DNA of 64,000 nucleotides from Pseudomonadota bacterium (GTDB lineage Bacteria; Pseudomonadota; Gammaproteobacteria; UBA1113): NCBI GenBank assembly GCA_021778015.1, contig JAJYCX010000011.1, positions 6,053 to 70,052 of the forward strand, read 5' to 3'. Shown piece by piece: positions 58,073 to 64,000 of this stretch (position 1 is its first letter; each line of letters starts with the position of its first letter). The notes under the pieces were generated by a model. It saw only the letters and a program-made list of their open reading frames with translations, ran no database searches and was not told where the DNA came from. The position numbers and the translations under genes were made by a program.

Positions 58073-58091
58073 CTGATTACAATTGTATCAT

Positions 58092-58119
58092 AAAAAAAGG
58101 CGGCCTAGGCCGCCTTTTT
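58092..58119 (-). terminator. Intrinsic (bidirectional) terminator downstream of the HU-like gene
   Basis: A7-GGCGGCCTAGGCCGCC-T5. The GC stem is perfect and has A/T runs on both sides. Confidence 0.7.
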
Positions 58120-58136
58120 AAAGTATCCGGTTGCAG

Positions 58137-58586
58137 TTATGCGACCATATCCTTTAGCTTTTTCAAGGCTTTGATTTTGACTACATTACGAGCTGGTTTA
58201 GCTTTAAATATAGTTTCTTCGCCGTTAAAGGGGTTGATGCCTTTACGAGCCTTGGTTGCAGGTTTGCGTACAACTTTAATCTTCAACAAACCTGGTAGCG
58301 TAAATTCGCCAGCAGCCTTGCTTTTGATACAGCCATTAACGATGTCTGCTAAACCGGAGAATATGGCAGTGACTTGCTTTTTGCTGACGTCAGCAAATTC
58401 GGCCAATGTCGTCAAGATTTCCGTTTTAGTAGGGGCGTCTTTGTAAGTTTTATTCAAGCTAGCAGGTGCCGCTTTACGTGCCAAAGGCTTAGCTTTAGTC
58501 GTTGATTTGATGCTGCGCGTAGCTTTCTTAGCTTTAACTGCAGATTTCTTAACCGCTTTCCCGGCTGGTTTTTTTGATGTTGCCAT
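58137..58586 (-). CDS. HU/IHF-family DNA-binding protein with a Lys/Ala/Pro-rich histone H1-like N-terminal extension
   Basis: The C-terminal ~95 aa align with HU (KTEILTTLAEFADVSKKQV...RKGINPFNGEETIFKAKPARNVVKIKALKKLKD). The N-terminal ~50 aa read MATSKKPAGKAVKKSAVKAKKATRSIKSTTKAKPLARKAAP. ATG 58586 has AGAGGA upstream, so the track's TTG at 58604 is less likely. Confidence 0.85.
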   Translation of the reverse strand: MATSKKPAGKAVKKSAVKAKKATRSIKSTTKAKPLARKAAPASLNKTYKDAPTKTEILTTLAEFADVSKKQVTAIFSGLADIVNGCIKSKAAGEFTLPGLLKIKVVRKPATKARKGINPFNGEETIFKAKPARNVVKIKALKKLKDMVA

Positions 58587-59060
58587 GTTTATTTCCTCTA
58601 ACAATATGCAGATGACATTTAAATACCCTAAACTACCGGCTTAAACTGACAAAACAACGTCTAAGCAAGCAGATCCACGAGAAAATAAGATATCATATTT
58701 TTCAGGCTTGTATAGGGGTTTTATGAAAAAAAAACGTTTTTTTCATGATTTTTTATGATTATTTCTGGGGTTTTGGGAAAAACCCCTTAAGTGGCTTGTT
58801 CAAAAGGGGATTCTAGTTTACAATAGCGGATCTTTACAGCCGCGGATTGCACAAACTTTGTGCAATATGCTCGTAGCAGTCGCGAAGAGTATAGACTCAC
58901 AGCAGTTGATTTTTAGGCGAGGCGCCGAGTCCTCGAGCACCAGGAGTGTAGTATTCTACATGACTGGGGCGAGATGGGCGTAGGCAACAAAGCCTAAAGG
59001 TCAAATGCGAAGAGTATAGTGGTTATTATTGTTTTTAAGATGTAATTTGGAGTGAATAGT

Positions 59061-59327
59061 ATGCTAGCTAAAGAACAAAAAAATGAAATTATCAGTCGGT
59101 TTCAGCGTCAAGAAGGTGATGTAGGCTCTCCTGAAGTGCAAATCGCCCTGTTGAGCGCCCGTATTCGTGGCTTACAAGGGCACTTTACGGTGAATAAGAA
59201 AGATCGCCACTCACGTAGAGGCTTGATGCAAATGGTGTCCAGACGTAAGAAATTACTGTCTTATCTACTCAGAAAGGATAAGGCCAAGCACCAACAATTG
59301 ATCAGTGATTTGGATATACGCGGCTAA
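59061..59327 (+). CDS. rpsO: 30S ribosomal protein S15
   Basis: 88 aa with GSPEVQIALLSARIRGLQGHF...HSRRGL. GGAG lies 8 nt upstream of ATG 59061. Confidence 0.93.
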   Translation: MLAKEQKNEIISRFQRQEGDVGSPEVQIALLSARIRGLQGHFTVNKKDRHSRRGLMQMVSRRKKLLSYLLRKDKAKHQQLISDLDIRG

Positions 59328-59364
59328 GTAAGCCCAAAAGGGTATTTTAAAAGAGGTTAAATTT

Positions 59365-61449
59365 GTGAGTATAGTAACGAAATCTTTCCAATATGGAAGT
59401 CATGTGGTCACCCTAGAAACGGGCTTGATCGCTAAACAAGCAACGGGCTCCGTCACGGTGCGTATGGGCGATACGATGGTGTTAGTCACTGTTGTAGGCC
59501 AAAAAGAGTCTGCTGTAGAAAGGGACTTTTTCCCATTAACAGTTAATTATATTGAAAAAACATATGCTGGCGGTAATATCCCAGGCGGTTATTTTAAGCG
59601 CGAAGGGCGCCCTACAGAGCGTGAAGTATTGGCTTCCCGCTTAATAGACAGGCCTTTGCGTCCTATGTTCCCAGATGGCTTTAAACAAGAAGTACAGATC
59701 GTTGCTACGGTAATGTCCGTCGATCCCGATGTTAATCCTGATGTGCCTGCTTTATTGGGTGCTTCTGCTGCCTTGGCTTTGTCTGGAATCCCTTTCCATG
59801 GTCCAGTTGCTGCAGCCCGCGTGGGTTATGTGAATAATGAATATGTTTTGAATCCTTCTAAAGAAAAATTGCTGGATTCTAAGTTAGATTTAGTTGTTGC
59901 CGGTGCGGCCGATGCTATTTTGATGGTGGAATCAGAAGCCAAAGAATTATCTGAAGATGTCATGTTGGGTGCGGTGATGTTTGGTCATCAGCACATGCAA
60001 ATCGCTATTGAAACGATCCGTGAATTGGCTGCAGATGCAGGTACTGTAACTTGGCAGTGGGCTGCACGAAGCACCGATGCCGAATTATTGGCGTTCATTG
60101 AAAAACAACATTATGCCGCTATTGTCAGCGCCTATGAAATCGTAGACAAAAAAGCGCGTCACGATAAATTAGATGCAATCAAAGAAGCGATACAAGCAGA
60201 ATTTGCTATAGAAAGCGACGATACCCGTAAAAAGGCGATAAGCACTATTATCGGTGATCTAGAAAGCCGCGCTGTGCGTGAAAAAGTATTAGCCGGTGGC
60301 CCACGTATCGATGCGCGTGCATTGAATGCCATACGTCCTATCTCCATTCAAACGGGTATATTGCCGCGTACACACGGCTCAGCCTTGTTTACGCGTGGCG
60401 AAACGCAAGCTATAGTCGTTACTACTTTAGGTACGGGTAAAGATGCTCAGTTGATCGATGATTTAGATGGCTTACGTAAAGAAACCTTTATGTTGCATTA
60501 CAATTTCCCTCCCTATTCCGTAGGCGAAGTGGGCATGATGACCTCACCTAAGCGTCGTGAGATTGGTCATGGTAATTTAGCGCGCCGTGCTTTAAATGCG
60601 GTGTTGCCTGATGCCATGTCTTTCCCTTATGTATTGCGTGTAGTGTCTGAAATTACAGAATCCAATGGTTCTAGCTCCATGGCCAGTGTCTGTGGTGGTA
60701 GCTTATCCTTAATGGATGCAGGTGTGCCTATCAAGGCTCCTGTAGCCGGTATAGCCATGGGCTTGGTGAAAGAAGGCGAACGCTTTGCTGTATTAAGCGA
60801 TATTCTAGGCGATGAAGATCATCTAGGCGATATGGACTTTAAAGTAGCGGGAACGGCAGCAGGTGTGACGGCATTGCAAATGGATATCAAAATTACCGGT
60901 ATCACTGAAGAAATCATGCGTGTTGCTTTGAAACAAGCTAAAGAAGGGCGACTGCATATTTTAGGTGAGATGGCTAAGGTCTTGACCGAGCCACGTGCTG
61001 AAATGTCCAATTACGCACCGCGCATGACGACGATGCAAATCCCAGTCGATAAAATCAAAGACGTTATAGGCAAGGGTGGTGTAACCATTCGTGGCTTGAT
61101 TGACGAATTGGGTGTAACCATCGACATCGATGATGACGGTATCGTGAAAATAGCTTCCGTCAGTGGTGAAGCCGCTAAAGAAGCGAAACGCCGTATTGAA
61201 TTACTAACGGCCGAAGTTGAAATCGGTCAGAAGTATGAAGGTAAAGTAGTGAAGATTGCTGATTTCGGTGCTTTTGTGTCCATACTACCTGGTAAAGAAG
61301 GTTTGGTGCACATTTCACAAATTACCAATGAACGTGTAGAGCGCGTTACCGATGTATTGTCTGAAGGTCAGATGGTACGAGTGAAAGTCTTGGAAATTGA
61401 TAAGCAAGGGCGTATACGTTTGACCATGAGAGACGTAGAGACGGCCTAA
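59365..61449 (+). CDS. pnp: Polyribonucleotide nucleotidyltransferase (PNPase)
   Basis: 694 aa. Two RNase PH domains, then KH and S1 domains ([28 protein letters not shown]). GTG start with an AGAGG SD sequence. Confidence 0.95.
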   Translation: MSIVTKSFQYGSHVVTLETGLIAKQATGSVTVRMGDTMVLVTVVGQKESAVERDFFPLTVNYIEKTYAGGNIPGGYFKREGRPTEREVLASRLIDRPLRPMFPDGFKQEVQIVATVMSVDPDVNPDVPALLGASAALALSGIPFHGPVAAARVGYVNNEYVLNPSKEKLLDSKLDLVVAGAADAILMVESEAKELSEDVMLGAVMFGHQHMQIAIETIRELAADAGTVTWQWAARSTDAELLAFIEKQHYAAIVSAYEIVDKKARHDKLDAIKEAIQAEFAIESDDTRKKAISTIIGDLESRAVREKVLAGGPRIDARALNAIRPISIQTGILPRTHGSALFTRGETQAIVVTTLGTGKDAQLIDDLDGLRKETFMLHYNFPPYSVGEVGMMTSPKRREIGHGNLARRALNAVLPDAMSFPYVLRVVSEITESNGSSSMASVCGGSLSLMDAGVPIKAPVAGIAMGLVKEGERFAVLSDILGDEDHLGDMDFKVAGTAAGVTALQMDIKITGITEEIMRVALKQAKEGRLHILGEMAKVLTEPRAEMSNYAPRMTTMQIPVDKIKDVIGKGGVTIRGLIDELGVTIDIDDDGIVKIASVSGEAAKEAKRRIELLTAEVEIGQKYEGKVVKIADFGAFVSILPGKEGLVHISQITNERVERVTDVLSEGQMVRVKVLEIDKQGRIRLTMRDVETA

Positions 61450-61518
61450 CTGCTATAGACAAGGGCGGCTCGGTTTCTCCGGGCCGTTCATTGTGAGTTC
61501 CTTTTACAAGGTTGTAAT

Positions 61519-62487
61519 ATGTTATATCCCTGGTTGACACCGTATTTACAACAACTTCCATCCAATAGATTACTGTGGCCACAAGCGTTATTGCTTGCGG
61601 GTGCGGCCGATCTAGGCGGCATGGATTTAGCCCAGCATTGGGCTGCTTTCTTGTTATGTCATCAACCTAAAGAACACACTGCATGTGGGCAATGTCAAAG
61701 TTGTCATTGGTTGCAAGCCGGACATCATCCTGATTTTTTTACCCTCATCAAAGCCGAAGACGAAAAAGTCATTAAAATCGATGCCATTCGCGAACTCATT
61801 GCGCGCTTAAGCAAGACTGCACACAGTCAGGCCGCACAAGTGATTGTAATTTCGCCCGCAGAAAGTTTAAATACAGCGGCGGCCAATGCTTTATTGAAAT
61901 CACTAGAAGAACCTAAAGCGCGTGTACATTTTCTTTTAGTAGCCGATCATCATCTAAGTTTGCCTAAAACCATACGCAGTCGTTGTCAAACAATAGTACT
62001 GCATGCAGCGCGGGAACAATCGCTGGCCTGGTTAAAGACACAATTTAGCGACAAAACAGAAGATGACTTGCGTCAGGCGTTGCGCTTAGAACGCGATCAC
62101 CCTTTAGCGGCTGCGCGGGCGTTAACACAAGATGACACGCTACAATTGGATGCTTGGTTAGATGATTGTGTGGCAGTGGCTTTAAAACAGCGAAATGCTT
62201 TATTGGTCGCGCAGAAATGGGCGGGTGTTTTAAAAGAGCAGCAATTACGCGCCACGGCCTATTTCTTTTTAGACATGGTGCGTTATAGTGTCACGCACAA
62301 TCATCTATTCTCTGTTTATGAAAATAGAGCACAGCAAATAGAACAATTGGCAGCGCGTTTTTCCCTAAACAAAGGCTTAGAACACTGCCAATCATTGTGG
62401 ACTTTATATGCTGAGACCATACAGGGTTTAAATCTTAATTTTCAGCTGGCCTTGGAATGTAGGTTATTGGCCTTGGCCGCTGATTAA
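61519..62487 (+). CDS. holB: DNA polymerase III delta' subunit
   Basis: 322 aa. N-terminal YPWL, zinc-module-like CGQCQSCHW, HPDF, and the SRC motif (IRSRCQ). Confidence 0.88.
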   Translation: MLYPWLTPYLQQLPSNRLLWPQALLLAGAADLGGMDLAQHWAAFLLCHQPKEHTACGQCQSCHWLQAGHHPDFFTLIKAEDEKVIKIDAIRELIARLSKTAHSQAAQVIVISPAESLNTAAANALLKSLEEPKARVHFLLVADHHLSLPKTIRSRCQTIVLHAAREQSLAWLKTQFSDKTEDDLRQALRLERDHPLAAARALTQDDTLQLDAWLDDCVAVALKQRNALLVAQKWAGVLKEQQLRATAYFFLDMVRYSVTHNHLFSVYENRAQQIEQLAARFSLNKGLEHCQSLWTLYAETIQGLNLNFQLALECRLLALAAD

Positions 62488-62567
62488 ATACACTTTTCTG
62501 ACGACAAACAAACGATCCTAGGCAAATGGTATCGGCAGCCGAAAAAGATTAGTTCCGCACAAAAATT

Positions 62568-62698
62568 GAGAAGGTATACTGAACTGTGTCATCCTCGGCA
62601 AGGCCGCGAGGCCGCAGCCGGGGATCCAGTTTCAATTCAAGTTTTCCCCTGATTTCTTAATCTTACACCCAGAATGACGCAGTTCAGTGAATCTTCTC
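62568..62698. repeat. Nested-palindrome MITE-like element, copy G (half-core form)
   Basis: 25-bp imperfect TIRs GAGAAGGTATACTGAACTGTGTCAT and ATGACGCAGTTCAGTGAATCTTCTC. Interior GTCATCCTCGGCAAGGCCGCGAGGCCGCAGCCGGGGATCCAGTTTCAATTCAAG. Confidence 0.85.
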
Positions 62699-62848
62699 CA
62701 AAAAGGGACCATATTTTGACCTAGAGCTGTCTATTTTTTAGACTAAACTATAGATTTAACAAAAAAAGACCATTTTCTTAATATTCCCTTAACGTTTGGC
62801 CTGTATAATGCGCTTCAATAATTATTATATTTTCAGAAGGTAAACAAA

Positions 62849-64000
62849 ATGAGCGCTGATCTATCCAAAATACAGGCTGAACAAAGGCTTGCTACATTAA
62901 AAGAATTAATTGAGTCAATCGGGTTAAACATTGGGCTTGAAGCAATCACGCAAAAAGCTAAGGATTATCTTGAGCTATGTGCTCAGTTTCATGACAAAGC
63001 CGCAGAGAACTTAACGGCTGCTGATATTCAATCAGTGTATAAAGCGGATTTACAAACGATGGATATAGAGCAGATTCAGGAAGTACGCAACTTGCTGACA
63101 GAAGCATTTTACACTAACTATGGAAATTATGTCGCGACAATGGATTTTAATGGAGGTTTTTTTGATGGGCAACAACCATTACAGTTGATTACTAGCTTAG
63201 GCTCCATTTCACTTATAACACATCAAATTCTACAGGCTATTGATAAAGGTACCCCTAATTTCGTTAAAGGTAAAGAAGAAGATGATGATGGTTTTTACCC
63301 TTTGCACCAAGCTGTAACGGGTGGTTTTTCCGTGTTAACAAAAAAATTGTTAGAAAAGGAATCAATAAACGTTAATTTTGTAAATCAAGATGGTATAACG
63401 CCATTGATTGAGCTTGTAAAGTCAGATCCCATTGATATAGATGTATTTAATATGCTTTTGGGTAAAGGAGCCGATCTTACTATTAAATCCGAAAACGGAT
63501 GCACTGTATTGTCTTATGCAAGAAAATATAAAGTTGAAGGTTGGGCCGAAGCGGTTCAAAAAAAATTAAATGAACAACTTGTTTTGGCAATAAATGAAGA
63601 AGAAAATGACAGAATTTTGGCTTTGTTAGACGCTGGCGCACAGATTCACGTTATAGAAATTGATGCATTAAACGCTAACATAAAAGCAGTAATTGTTAAG
63701 CATAAAAATGAATTGAATGAAAAACTATTCTCAATTGCAAAAGGTCATAATTATTCTGCTATATCAAAGATATATGGTGGTGCAACTGAAGAGCAAGTAA
63801 TACAATTATTGATTGCTGCGGGCGCGGATATTAGTGCTACCGATAAGCAAGGATTAACGCCACTACATCATGCTGCTGCGGCCGGTGAAGTAGATGTGGT
63901 AAGTGCCTTGATTGCTGCGGGCGCGTATATTAATGTTAAAGATAATAAGGGGGAGGTTCCTTATGAATTATTTTCATTTAATCTGGCTGCAGAAAGTTAT
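62849..64000 (+). CDS. Ankyrin-repeat protein, 5' part (384 codons, runs off the right edge)
   Basis: Hand translation from ATG 62849 stays open to the window end. ANK repeats include DGFYPLHQAVTGGFSVLTKKLLEKESINVN, DGITPLIELV and GLTPLHHAAAAGEVDVVSALIAAGAYINVKD. Not in the ORF track because it is truncated. Confidence 0.8.
   Translation, partial: MSADLSKIQAEQRLATLKELIESIGLNIGLEAITQKAKDYLELCAQFHDKAAENLTAADIQSVYKADLQTMDIEQIQEVRNLLTEAFYTNYGNYVATMDFNGGFFDGQQPLQLITSLGSISLITHQILQAIDKGTPNFVKGKEEDDDGFYPLHQAVTGGFSVLTKKLLEKESINVNFVNQDGITPLIELVKSDPIDIDVFNMLLGKGADLTIKSENGCTVLSYARKYKVEGWAEAVQKKLNEQLVLAINEEENDRILALLDAGAQIHVIEIDALNANIKAVIVKHKNELNEKLFSIAKGHNYSAISKIYGGATEEQVIQLLIAAGADISATDKQGLTPLHHAAAAGEVDVVSALIAAGAYINVKDNKGEVPYELFSFNLAAESY

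Overview
This 64-kb window comes from an AT-leaning gammaproteobacterial chromosome. About two thirds is recognisable housekeeping sequence. It includes rluD, bamD, mltB, rodA-mrdA, an AmpC-family hydrolase and an OPT transporter. It also carries the block metY(tRNA-fMet)-rimP-nusA-infB-rbfA-truB, then putA, dps, fhs, ddl-dapE-dapD, mfd, qor, fabV, trx-hemH, an HU-like gene, rpsO-pnp and holB. Interleaved with these are visibly more AT-rich orphan genes encoding eukaryote-like or low-complexity proteins. At least five are ankyrin-repeat genes and two or three are Sel1-repeat genes. The rest include a 1104-aa coiled-coil protein and a protein with Ser/Ala/Phe repeats. This mix is typical of intracellular or amoeba-associated Legionellales-type bacteria, but the taxon call is inference. 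No secretion-system genes lie in the window. I found no rRNA, CRISPR array, transposase, integrase or phage genes. The most interesting items are: (1) a 1162-aa chimera of basic tail, RelE/ParE-like module, complete SF1 helicase, Sel1 repeats and ANK repeats; (2) a 1062-aa ANK protein whose C-terminal region carries two R-x4-H (HEPN-like) motifs, an RNase L-like layout; (3) a tandem pair of ANK proteins sharing an invariant HExxH motif; (4) decayed copies of both mfd termini and of the dapD upstream region, which show that the accessory genes flanking mfd arose or expanded by segmental tandem duplication; (5) two dispersed repeat families, one a nested-palindrome MITE-like element at seven loci and one a GC-rich ~30-nt unit. 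These repeats bracket gene modules. One inverted pair flanks the whole metY-truB operon, and one copy sits between nusA and infB. All functional calls for orphan genes are motif-level inferences that need profile or structure searches.
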